64,000 nucleotides of DNA. Source: Pseudogymnoascus verrucosus. Lineage: Eukaryota. Numbering within the stretch: the first letter of the stretch is position 1; the number at the start of each line of letters is the position of its first letter. Location of the stretch: the NCBI GenBank assembly GCA_001662655.1, contig KV460260.1; one strand, 5' to 3'. The notes under the pieces are model-generated. The model saw only the letters and a list, made by a program, of their open reading frames with translations. It was not told the DNA's origin and searched no databases. Shown here piece by piece: positions 36,022-47,842 of the stretch. The position numbers and the translations under genes are program-made.

Positions 36022-36811
36022 CTAACAGCACTTCCCACCCCCACTGCTTCCCTGCGCCACATCAACCCCCTTACTCTCCTCCGTCTTCGCGCTATCGACA
36101 ATCCGTCTCTTGATATCCGCCGCGAGGCTGAAGAAGGCCTTCTCGACATTGATGTTCGCCTTTGCGCTGACCTCGAGGAAGGGGATGCCCAGCTCGTCGG
36201 CGAGGGCTTGGCCGCGCTCGGTCGACACGGTGCGCTTGTCGTCCCAGTCGCACTTGTTGCCGATGAGGATCTTGTTCACGCCTTCCGTGGCGTGCTGCTC
36301 GACGTTGGAGAACCAGGTGCGGATGTCTGTGGAAGGGGGGGGGTGGTTAGCCATGTGCTCGGTCTTCGTTATTGTTCCGTCACTGGGGCCGACGGGGATG
36401 GACGGCCAACCCGGGAATGGCGTGGGGGGGAGGGGGAGGACAAACTGTTAAAACTCCTCTCATCTGTGACATCGTAGACTAATAAAATTCCCATAGCGCC
36501 GCGATAGTACGCCGTCGTAATGGTGCGGAAGCGTTCCTGGCCCGCCGTATCCCAGATCTGCAGCTTAACGCGCTTTCCGTCCAGCTCGATGGTGCGGATC
36601 TTGAAGTCGATGCCGATGGTGGTGATGAAGGAAGGGGTGAAGGAGTCCTCGCTGAAGCGCAGGAGGCAGCAGGACTTGCCGACGCCCGAGTCGCCGATGA
36701 GGAGGAGCTTGATCTGCGCGCGGGTTTGGTTAGTGGAGGGTGATCGGGGGATGGGCTGGCAGCTGGGGGGGAGGGCAGTACCAGGAAGTCATAGTTGCGG
36801 GATCCGGCCAT
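36022..36811 (-). CDS. SEC4: Rab8/Sec4 exocytic GTPase
   Basis: Introns 36714-36781 and 36327-36445. [53 protein letters not shown], terminal KCC. Confidence 0.95.
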
Positions 36812-37334
36812 CGTTGCGGTAGTGGTTGAGGTGGTTGTGGTGGTGGTGGGAGGGAGGGGAGGGAGGACAACGAGGCAGTCGTCGTCGTCTTTGTGGGGTC
36901 TGGTCTAGGTAGCGGGAACAGGAACAGATCGCGCGGCGTAGATTTCACGAGCTAGGTGTCGATTGGCATGGAGATCTCTGAGGGAATGAGGAATGGTGAG
37001 ATCGAAGCCGTAGCTGTGTAATCTGTTTTGGTTATTTCGTCGCCGGCGTGGGAATCGTAGAGTTGTGGTGGTGGATGTGACGAGGTTCGGTGGGAGGCAA
37101 ATCAATCAAGCAAGGTACGGACGGTATGTTTCGTTAGTTGGGTGACGATAAAGTTGTTCTGGGGTCTATGATGCGCGGCGGCGGCCGTGGGCTCCGCTAG
37201 AACTGCAGAACTGCATGACCCCTGCGGGTGGCGAGGTTGGTCTCGGTTGAAACGGTGCATGTTCATGTCCGCCACGACGACCTCACTGGAAGTACGATAC
37301 AGAGGATATAGAAGATACAGATTATAACGATTAA

Positions 37335-37765
37335 TTATTTAGTTGTAGGTCTGGTATCCTGATATTATATTTCATTGTCTATATGTTCTCGTTTTCTATA
37401 TTGTGTTTTCCCAGGGAAGGCGGTATTTAACTGTAAGTCTGGTATCATCGTTCTTGTATCATGAGACGACTGTTCTCTTGTTGGCAGTACAACGAATATT
37501 TTATAACTATGCGTCTGGTATCATGATATTGAATTTATTTTGCTAAAGGTCTAGTATCTCATACTACATTTCTTTTGCTTTAGGTTTCGTATCATTCTAT
37601 ATTTCTTCAGTCATAGGCGTCGTATCATCACACTATATTTCTTTGCTGGCCTCATTGAACTACAGCACGATGATATAACGAATATTTATATAACTGTAGG
37701 TCTGGTATCTTCAAACCATCTTTATTTAGCTGTAATTCTAGTATAATCCTATATTTCTTTGTCCA
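37335..37765. repeat. AT-rich degenerate tandem repeat (~35-45 bp unit)
   Basis: Recurring TAGGTCTGGTATC....CTATATTTC-like unit (about 8-9 copies); AACGAATATTT..ATAACT occurs twice. Confidence 0.7.
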
Positions 37766-37870
37766 TATCTCTGTCTATGTTGCCTTCCTTGCGGAACCAG
37801 TATGGTATCTATCCAAAATGTCCGTTCTCATCTCTCATCCTCTCACTCTCACCCTCTCATCCTCTAATTT

Positions 37871-39469
37871 CTATTCCTTCCCAATATCCACAATCGCCTT
37901 CACCAGCCCATCCAACGTCCCCCTCCTCGTCTGGACATTAACCACAACCCTAAAGAAATTCCCCCTCTCCCCCGGCGCATGATCAACCATAAACCCCCTC
38001 CCCACCAACCTCTCCACCACCCCCGCCGTCCTCACCGTGTTCTTCTCCGGCACCGCACTCAACCCCCCCGGCGCATAATAAAAGCACACCTGCAAGCACG
38101 GCGGCGGATTCTGCGACACAAGCACAAAATCCTTGTTCCCCTCCACCAACCCCGCCAAATACCCCGCCGCCTCAAACGCCTCATCGATCATGCGTCCGTA
38201 CCCCGCTGCACCGTAATACGTCCAGCTCAGCGCGACTTTCAAGCTATCCGGCCTACGTCCACACTGCGGCGTCAGATCCGCCAAATCCCACACCTCGCCA
38301 TCCGAGTCAGCGCCGTGGAAAAGATACCCGGCCGGCAGCGTATTCGCGCGATGGAACTGCCTCAAATCCTTCCCCAGCAGCAAGGAGCACGTCGTCGGGG
38401 CGCCGAGCATTTTATGCGGGTTCACAGCCACGGAATCAGCGAGATGAACGCCCTTGAGCTTGTATCGCTGTTTCTCGGAGAAGATGACGGATCCGCCCCA
38501 CGCGCCGTCAACGTGCATCCACATCCCGTACTTCTGTGCTACAGCAGCGATCTCCTCGAACGGGTCGAAGGAGCCGAGGACTGTGGAGCCTGCTGTGGCG
38601 TTAACGAGGAGGGGCGTCTTCCCCGCGTCCTTGGCGGCGAGGATGAGGCGTTCCAGTTCAGCGGGGATCATGGCACCTGCGTCGTCGACGGGGACGGGAA
38701 CGAGGTTGCGGGAGCCGAGACCGATCATCTGCGCCGCCTTCTCGAAGGAGTAGTGGCCATGCGCCGAGGTGAAGATGACGAACTTGTAGGTGCCATTCCC
38801 ATCAGTCTTGGTCTCGGGGTAGAGCGTGTTCCGCGCGATGATCAGGGCGCTGAGGTTACTCCCGCTGCCGCCTTGGGTTGAGAAGCCGCCGGCGTGGGGG
38901 CCGGTGAAGCCGTAGAGGTTGGCGAATTTCTTGGTGATTGCCTTTTCGATCACGGTGAGGGCGGGGGAGACTTGGTAGACGTGAGAGTTTGTGTTGAGGG
39001 TTGCGAGGAGGAGCTCGGAGACTACGCCGACGGGGTTGGTGCTGGCGTAGAGCTTGTCTAGGAAGCCTTGGTCCCATGTGTTGACGCTGTACTTCAGGAC
39101 TTGCTGGATCACATCTAAGAGTGCTGTTTTTCCGCCGCCGGTCTCGGGAAGTTGGAGGTTAAGCAACTTCACCAGTTCGGCAGGCTTGTGCGACTCGACC
39201 AGTGCGCTTCCGGAGCTTCCGCTCAAGCCGCGGCCTGTATGTTTCACAGCCGCTTCTTCATCCGCGCGGCGGATAAAAGGGATGATGAGCTCCTGGACGG
39301 AATTTAAGAGCTACAGACATGTCAGTATACTGAATATAAAGAGCAATTCGGGTATGTGCTTTTGCCACTTTGTAATAATGCTTACATCTGCAACCTCGTC
39401 TGCCCGGTTCAAGGGCGACTCGTTCACTCTGCCATTGCTCAACGGCGGCGCTGATTCTATGGAACCCAT
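37871..39469 (-). CDS. Glutamate/cysteine-sulfinate decarboxylase-like group II PLP enzyme
   Basis: Exon 39469-39386, intron 39311-39385, exon 39310-37871. YSVNTWDQGFLDKLY, HYSFEKAA, HVDGAWGG, VNPHKML (PLP Lys), QCGRR. Confidence 0.92.
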
Positions 39470-39877
39470 TACAAGAAAATATACAGATATATACAAATAA
39501 ACATATAAACTGGTCAAAAGAGAGTTAAAGAAGTATGACTCCCCCCTCCATATATTCACATGGCGAAAGCGTGGGGGGGGATTATGCCATGTCACGTGCT
39601 CAACCTCCGGTTTCCGCCACTTTTTGAGAAAAAAATTGGAGCTGTTTCGGGTACCAAATGGAGACACCGCCCCAGCAGAAAAAAAATGTCCAATAGCAGA
39701 GCTGATAAGTGGAATAAGGACTTGGTTCTCGATGGAGCTTGTTTCTATTATAAAATGGGGCGCTTCTTTATTATACTGTGACAGATCTAGTACACGTTAA
39801 ATTTACATATGTGATCATATGGCACTGTAGATTCTAGAACCCAGCACGCGGCAGCGGCCAACGCTTTGCACGCTCGC

Positions 39878-41950
39878 TCACTTAGATAGCCACTTCCCAT
39901 ATGCCCACCTGATGCGCTGCACAACCTTCAGCTGCCTCTCAATACCTATCGAGATGTCTCCGAGCTCATTCACATCCTCGAAGAACTCCCTCTCCACCTC
40001 ACCCGGGAACAGCTTCGCTGCCCTGGAGCGCAGCACGTGCACCTCGCAGAGCAGCAAACCATGGTCCTTGTATGACAAAATCCCACTCGGCGAGGGCGTC
40101 GAGGTCGTCAAGATACGATCGATATTCCGTAGAACCCTGATCATCTGCCCAGCCCTATGCCCGTACTTCTGTCCTCTCCTCTCGCCAAACATCCCGCTGA
40201 TATACCGACCAACACCAATGCACACCAAAACACCCGGCGTCAGCCCGACAAAGCCGAACACAAGTTCTTGGCTCTTGAGTAGAGCATCAATCCCGCTCAG
40301 CGCGACCTCAACATCCACCTTTGTCTTCTGCACTTGAATGAGCAGTGTGCGAACCAGGTCTCCACGCACGGTTCCCACGAACGGGCGGCGTAGATCCTTC
40401 TCATACGCGCGTAGCACAGGCGTCAAGTCACCCTCCTTGACCTTCGCGCGGATCTCAGCGATATGGGCATCGCTCAGTGATCCTCCGCCCATGCCAGCAG
40501 CCTGGGGGTTATCAATAGCGAAATCGACGACCATTCGCTCAAGGCTGTCGCGATCACCCTTGAGCGACTCGCGGCTCATGATAGCGACTTCGCTGCCTTC
40601 GTCGTGGCGGATTGTTTTGATAATCTTTTTAGTTGGGTCGACGATCCAGTTCATCCAGAAGTCTTGCATGGTGGAGCCGAGGTCTTGGATCCACTGTAGG
40701 ATGGCGGCTTTGCGGTTCACCACGATGCGTAGGATGGTGGTGGAGGAGAGGAGGAGCGCGGTGGCGGGGAGCCAGTAGCGGACGAGGCGGTTGGGACGGC
40801 CGTACTGGGATCGTAGGTGTTGCTGGGCCTGGACGTGTGCGGGGATGTGAGTGCCGAGGATATTCTGGAGACGCTTACACAGCTTCGCTGGCTTGTCTCG
40901 CAGTTCGCCCATACCCATACTCCGGGAGGAGACCTCTGGGTCGTTTGCCACGCTCGCAAAGACAATATCTTCGAACTCCGACACGCCGGTCTCGAGAGCG
41001 GTCACATTGCGTAGCACCGTATCCATCAGTGCCACGCTGCGCTCGACCACGACGTTCCAGTCGCTGCCATCCGTGCTCTGAATCCCAGTGTTATCCTCGC
41101 TAATATCAAAGTTGAGACCCTCGTCCATCAGAACTCCAAGGCCACTTGCGCTCATCTCCCTCAGACGCTTCAGGCCGGCCTGCTTCCGTCGTGCCTCGGA
41201 CCGCGATTTCGCCAGCGGCGAGAGAACCCTCGCTTGGATATCCGTAACTGACCGCTCGCGGATACTATCCCTCACTAATCCGTAAAAAGTCTTCCACCGC
41301 GCCGTGACGCGTGTGCCAATCGCTGTAGCCGAAAGTGTCTCCTCGGGCGCCTCCCTTAGCCTGGAGAACCTCTCCCGCGAATCCTCGTAGATGTCCTTTG
41401 TCCAGTCCCAGAACCGCAGCGGCGAGGTCTGGATCGTGTAGATGGCCGTGAAAGTGTATGACCCGAGTACCTCGTCCCAGTACCATATGTCGTTGCTAAG
41501 CGGGATCGTTTGCTCGAGCAGTGTGTTCAGCAGCACGCCGTACACTTGCACCGTCGCTTTGCTGACCAGGAGCCACTCCAGCTCCTTCTCATACGGACTC
41601 TTCGTCTCGCCCAGTGCATTAACTTCGCCTTCTGACAGGCCCGCCTGCTCAAGGAGTGTTGAGATCCGCCATGCTGTGAGTAGTGCTCTCGACGACGACG
41701 TTGCTGAGAGGGCTTTGATGAGGACCTGGAGCTCTTCGATTTGTGGGGAGGTAGATATTTGTTCGACAGCCTCGGAGGTGGTAGAGAGGCGTCGGTAGGT
41801 CAGTATAGGTGAAGAGGTGGCGGATTTGAGGTGCGCGAGTTGCAGTCTGTCCAACTGCGAGTCGACGCGTCGGACCTGACTTGGGGTTCATTAGCAATTT
41901 TCGAGTGACTCTGCAGGGGACAGGGTTCCTTACTCTGCCACTATAGACAT
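39878..41950 (-). CDS. NCA2: Nuclear control of ATPase protein 2
   Basis: Exon 41950-41934, intron 41880-41933 (AAG acceptor) giving MSIVADQVRRVDSQLD. Motifs YGRPNRLVRYWLP, SLERMVVDF, LLIQVQKTKVD, LLKSQELVFGFVG. Confidence 0.9.
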
Positions 41951-42965
41951 CACGCCGGACTGGGTATATGCATTGGCCGAAGCTCGAGAAGGAATTCAGT
42001 TCTGTGGCGTTTGGAAGAGCTGTGGGTTTTCGGGTTTCTTCACAAGCTCGGGGATTTTTTGGCGATGACGTTGTGAGCTACCTATGAAAAAGGTTCGTGG
42101 CAGGGATCGGCACTAACGGGTATATGGCGGCGAGAGTCAGCAAGGGCAGGTTCACTGAATTTATATATGATATTCTCAAGGCTCATGCCTCCTGGCTCAC
42201 GGGTATAGAGGTTGTAAATAGACATATTCAAGACGTTTGAAGAGTTCAATAGTTGGACGTTGAGGCATTCCCGATTGTAGTTTCACAGAGACCTTGCGAG
42301 TTTCCCGATGGAGGTGAAGGTCCAGAACATGACCTCCATGGTATCCGTAAACAGATGCCGAGTGACTGATGACTGTAATCCGGAAGCATGGCTATCCGGA
42401 GATACAATTGAGGCTTTGCTTATGATATATATATATGTTTTACTCAGTATAACTGGAGAAGAGAGTTGCGTGCTGGGGCCTGTCCCCGAGTACGATTACG
42501 GATTCGAGATCATATGCGAAGTATCTCTTCATACATGTTTTGCTGTGTGTGTACATAATCTAGTGGTTGTGGCCTCTAGGCTGGACCCTCAACCCGAATA
42601 CGATAGTGGCTGTCTGAAGAATCTGTGTCACGTGGTGATAACAACCCTTTATCCACCCCAACGACTCCAACGCGAAGTCTCTTACTGGACAATCTCCCAT
42701 CCATTTATGCGCTAGTCCAAATCAAACCTAGCCGCCCCGCGTTGCCCCTGCGTTGCACGCCACAATGGTGGCCATCTCCTCGGGTACGTACTCCTTTATT
42801 CTTCTAGTCTTAACCTTTTTATCACTGGAAGTCCTTCCATACCACTCCCTCCCACTCCCGTCTCCTTTCCTCCTCTCCACCTACTTATACTTCACAACTG
42901 CCCCCTCGATTGTGGCCGCGATATCCTCAACAATCGTCTGATAGCCTCTGTGCTATATCGCCATA

Positions 42966-44115
42966 ATGTAAGTATTCTCATCCCTCTTCTTCTGCAAGAA
43001 AGGCTCGGACAATACGCTCCACTGGGCGCGTTCTGTCTCCGGACAGAAAAATATCGCGGGAAATTAGTTCTAACCAGTGCCATAGGAACGCAACAATCGC
43101 CGCGGCGACATACTGGGACCAGTACAATGGCATCACCCACTACAATGGCGAGACTCTCAATGTCTTTGAGCGCCTCTGGGCCGTACGTTATTCCACCCCC
43201 TTGGCTCGACTTCAATGTGCTAACATACCCCAAGGCCTGGTACGCATACATGCAGAACGACGTGCTCGCGACTGGAATCATGTCCTTCGTGATGCACGAA
43301 GTTGTCTACTTCGGTCGCTCCCTCCCCTGGATCATCATCGACAGCATGCCCTACTTCAACAAATACAAGATCCAAGCAGTACGTCCCCCCTCATCCCCAC
43401 CACAACCCCCCTCCTTCCCACCCTCATCACACTAAACTAACACGCACCTCTCCAGGGCAAAATTCCAACCGCCGCCGAACAATGGCACTGCACCAAAATG
43501 GTTCTCCTCTCCCACTTCACCGTCGAGCTCCCCCAAATCTGGGTCTTCCACCCCATGGCCGTCTTCTTCGGCATGGACACCGGCGTCCCCTTCCCGCCCA
43601 TGTGGAAGATCGCCATGCACATCGCCATCTTCTTCGTCTTCGAGGACGCCTGGCACTACTGGACCCACCGCGCCATGCACTGGGGTCCCCTCTACCGCTC
43701 CGTCCACAAGATCCACCACAACTACTCCGCCCCCTTCGGTCTGGCAGCTGAGTACGCCTCGCCCATCGAAGTCATGATTCTCGGTGCCGGAACAGTCCTC
43801 GGCCCTGTGCTATGGTGCGCTATCACTGGCGACTTGCACGTTCTGACTATGTACCTCTGGATCGTCTGCCGTCTTTTCCAGGCTATCGATGCGCACTCCG
43901 GATACGAGTTCCCCTGGTCGCTGCACCACTTCTTGCCGTTCTGGGCGGGTGCTGAGCATCACGATGTTCATCACGAGCGCTTCATTGGCAACTATGCTAG
44001 TTCGTTCCGCTGGTGGGATTTCGTCCTTGATACGGAGGCTGGACCGGAGGCGGCGAAGGCAAGACGCGACAGGAAGCTCGCCAAGGATGCGAAGAAGGCT
44101 AAGAAGGCACAGTAA
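42966..44115 (+). CDS. ERG25: C-4 methylsterol oxidase
   Basis: Exons 42966-42967 (AT), 43086-43182, 43235-43378, 43456-44115. His boxes [26 protein letters not shown]-terminal KKAQ-type ER retrieval signal. Confidence 0.93.
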
Positions 44116-45046
44116 ATGTGTGTAGCCTTAGTGGTGGCATGGATATCGTTACAGTGCCGTTTTGTGAGGCGTGTAGTGGACCAGCCTCTGCCGTGGGGGA
44201 GGATGTGAACCCGAAACGAAGAATGAGATATCTGTAACGACAGACAGACACAGACGGCGTTCAGGCGTGCAGGGCACCGCCGTAGAAAAAGCTCCGCTCC
44301 TTTGTTTGGGAGGAGGGGCTGGCGAGATATTTGGATGGATGATGGGCCCGTAATTACGCCACTATTTCTTGTACAAAAACAGATGGGATTTTGTTGGGTC
44401 GGATAGATGGGAGGCAGATATATGAGCATTAATAATCGTTAATCAAGTTAAGAATGTAGTTGTATGTCTGCCTTGGTGAGGAACTGTGAATGTATGTATA
44501 GTATATTCGTTTATCATGCCTTCATGCCAAATCTCACATCCCTCATATCCATTTACCCAGCAAGCTATCCCATAATCCCCCACCAACAACGAATCCCACT
44601 CTTCTCCTGAGGTCAAACCATCATCGAATAGCTACCTACGGACCTCACCACACTATATAAACCACTACTACGTTGTGTCCTATTACCTCACACCAAGATG
44701 CAGGAAATGCAAATAAAGCTTACTTCCAAGAGAGAGGAAGGAGACAACAGTCTTCGGCAAGCATGGTAAGTGTTGTGACGGTGTGGAAGTACTGGGGAGG
44801 TGGTGCTCTTGCTGTCGTTTTAATCTCTTTCGCCATTCTGTTGTCGCTGTCAGAATCGTGTTGCTGTTGCTACCACTTTCCTGATGTTCCATTATCCTGT
44901 CGCCGTTTCGGTTCTCGTTGAATGAATCTTCGGACCTGTCATCACTGCCTGGAGCAACGCAGATATGCAATGTGGAGATGCGAAGTAAGGGTAACAAGGA
45001 CGACAAGCCGGAAGATCCTGTATATGTCGACGGATGTGTTATAATC

Positions 45047-45143
45047 CTTGCATTCTTTCCCTTGCATTCTTTCCCTTGCATTCTTTCCCTTGCATTCTTT
45101 CCCTTGCATTCTTTCCCTTGCATTCTTTCCCTTGCATTCTTTC
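45047..45143. repeat. Perfect 14-bp minisatellite (CTTGCATTCTTTCC) x ~7
   Basis: Identical units start at 45047, 45061, 45075, 45089, 45103, 45117 and 45131 (last one truncated). Confidence 0.95.
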
Positions 45144-45392
45144 AAGGAGCTCCTATATATATTGATTGGTATATCCGGGGGAAAGCAGTCGGTATGAAAA
45201 TTCGGATAGGTTAATAGTTTATATTAGATAGTTCTTTTTGAACAGATACAGTATCTACATCTCAACGAATGTGGTAAATAGAGATACACATAGATAAAAC
45301 AAAATTACACAACACCCCTTACTCCCCCGCCATTACACCGCCTCCTTCCCCCTTTTCCCTTCCCTCACCTTCCCATCCATCACCCCCTTCCT

Positions 45393-46165
45393 TCAAGGAC
45401 CCTTATCATGCAACTCCTCCGCCACCACCCCTTCCATCCTCTCCACCGCCCCCTGCCCCTTCCTCGCATACTTCGGCACACAACACTCCCCCCCCTCCAC
45501 CACCACCCCATCCGCCAACGCCTGCAATGGATCCCCCCCCTCTCCGGTTGGAACATCAGTTCCCACAACCGCAGCGGGTTTCTCAGCAGGCAGCTCGTCG
45601 TGCTCCGCCGCGCAGGTGTCGCAGAATTGGGCCATGGTGATGTCGGCAGAGGACAGGCCGGGGGGGTGGTGGGTGGTCCAGCGGATTAGGGTTGTGTTGT
45701 AGACCTGGGGGTGTTAGTATTCGATTCTTGCTGTTTTATTAATTGACTGGCTGCCTGCTTGGAGCTGGTGGGAAGAAGGGGGAGGGGAGAAAGGGAAAGG
45801 GAGAAGGGGCATACATTGGACCACTCGGGGTGATGTTTCGTCCTCGCTGCTTCAGCGGCTACGGCGTCCATGAATGCCCATGTCTTTTTGAAGGTCTTGA
45901 ATTTGAAAGAGCGTTGGAGTCCGGCGTTTGTGGGTGTCAGCGACCAGCGCTCGAGAAGAGGTGGGAGGGCCGCGGTGACGGCGTCGGGGTCTGAGTTGGA
46001 GGATACGCTGATAGCGGGGAGGGGTGGGGTGGTGGAGGACATGGCGCGGGTTGGGAGGTGGAAGGGGGAAGGGAAATTGGCTCGTGGGTGCCTTGGGATG
46101 GCGAATAGAGGCCTTGAGATTGTGAATCTGGGGGCTTGGAGAATGCACGGGGAGAGGCGTGGCAT
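45393..46165 (-). CDS. Pterin-4-alpha-carbinolamine dehydratase, probable mitochondrial presequence
   Basis: Intron 45705-45814. LQRSFKFKTFKKTWAFM...HHPEWSN|VYNTTLIRWTTH..GLSSADITMAQFCD. Confidence 0.9.
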
Positions 46166-46642
46166 TGTTGATTTGATGTATCAGAACATCAGGCAACAAA
46201 GATGTGACCTTGGAGGTTGAGAGATATATACTGTCACGTGATAGACGATTTCGTGACTAGGTGGAAGAAGGCTGTGAGAAAGGGGAAAAGGAGAATGTTG
46301 GAGAAGATATTAGATGATCACTTATATCATCCTTACTATAATGATTCCCAATTACAAGTTATGTTCAGCCCAAATATAAATTCGTAGAGTCCGTTTCCGG
46401 CCGAAATATTTAAAAAAAGACCTACCCCTCTATAAAAATGATATGATGGCAAAACAAACCCGCACTCGCTTACCGATTCCCGCCCCGGCAGCTTAGCTCC
46501 AGGCGTCATAACCCCCCACCCTGCTCCCCCCTCCGTCTCAACACTCGCACTTTTGCAACTTTTGTAACCACAAAACACACTTCTCAATACCGCCTTTTTT
46601 TCTACACCCTCACAGCTCCCTACAGTGTTAAGCGATTCCAAG

Positions 46643-47438
46643 ATGTCGTGGCAAGGTATGTTGGATCTCTGTTCGATGGAGGGGGGGAGTGCGAGACGTG
46701 GGGGAGATGTGTACCCCGCGGTGAGTAACGGTTGCTAACGGGTTGGTATAGCATATGTTGATAGCAGGTACACTACCCATCCCCGACCCATACAATGAGA
46801 GAATGAACGAGGGGGCCTACGAAATGCACCGGCGACGACATGATGGGACTACAATGTCGAGATGGAATACATGCTGATGGGGGACATAGCTTGGTGGGCT
46901 CCGGCCACTCAGACAAGGCCGCCTTGATCAGCGCTGCAGGCGACAGCGTGTGGGCCAAGACCCCAGGCTTTGAGGTGCGTACACCTCCACCACGCGTCGG
47001 AGGGTTATCTCTCGATGCTGCCGGGATGGAGGTCCAGATACGATGACGGTGCTGATGCCCAGCAGGTTAAGCCAGAGGAGATGCAGAGCATCGTTGCGGC
47101 ACTAGCAGGCGGCGCGGCAGCAGACAAGCTGTGGACAGAGGGCCTTCACGTTGCAGGGGAGAGGTTCGTCGTGTTCAAGGTTGAGGGACGGAGTATCTAC
47201 GGCCGCCAGGTAAGCCGGTTTTGTGTTTCCCCCGTTTGCAGTGCCCTGGGTACAGGCCAGGAGCTGTTGACTTGGGCAAACAAAATCTGACAACGTCGTA
47301 TAGGGCAAGAACGGTATCGTGATCGCCAAGACCACACAGGCCATCATCGTCTCGCATTACGGCGAGAATGTCGTTGCAGGCAACGCTGCCCAGACCGTCG
47401 AGACCCTCGCTGACTACCTCGTTGGTCTGGGCTACTAA
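46643..47438 (+). CDS. PFY1: Profilin
   Basis: Four GT-AG introns. MSWQAYVDSSLVGSGHSDKAALIS...GLHVAGERFV...KTTQAIIVSHY...VETLADYLVGLGY*. Confidence 0.95.
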
Positions 47439-47842
47439 GTCTGAGGAGCGTTTTGGCAGTGCTGTACGAGTCGTTTGTGCATTGGTGGCCGCCTCGCTGC
47501 GATTGTGATATTGGGAATTAGATGGATTGGGTGGCGGGCGAAGGGGGGGACGGATGATGTGCCTGTGAGGACGGGTATTTGGGATGATAAACATGGTGGA
47601 GGATTGGTATTGATCTAGACATCTTACCTTACTCATGGATGTTTTGTTGGTTGCGAATAGTGTGATGTTTGGGCCGTGAATTAGGCTGGGCACTTTTGCT
47701 ATAGATGACACTCGCTTCTATCATTCTCTATTGCCACGATCTCTATATTCAAACCCAACTCCATCTATATTCGTAAACGACTTCTATCCTTTTCCCTACC
47801 AATGCACCAAAAAACCCAACTCCTTCCCCCCCAACCTCCCTC

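Noticed and set aside
37979..38881. 300 aa plus-strand ORF
   Set aside because: Antisense to the GC-rich decarboxylase CDS.
9323..39469. Two group II PLP decarboxylases (and two Rabs) as a functional cluster
   Set aside because: About 27 kb or more apart, separated by unrelated housekeeping genes, and from different subfamilies.
42590..42645. Sterol-regulatory-like motifs (ATACGA, GTCACGTGGTGAT) upstream of ERG25
   Set aside because: Plausible but short and imperfect; cannot be told from chance without conservation data.
44683..45214. ORFs with MQGKECKGKNARER repeats
   Set aside because: Translation of the 14-bp minisatellite; unit length is not a multiple of three.
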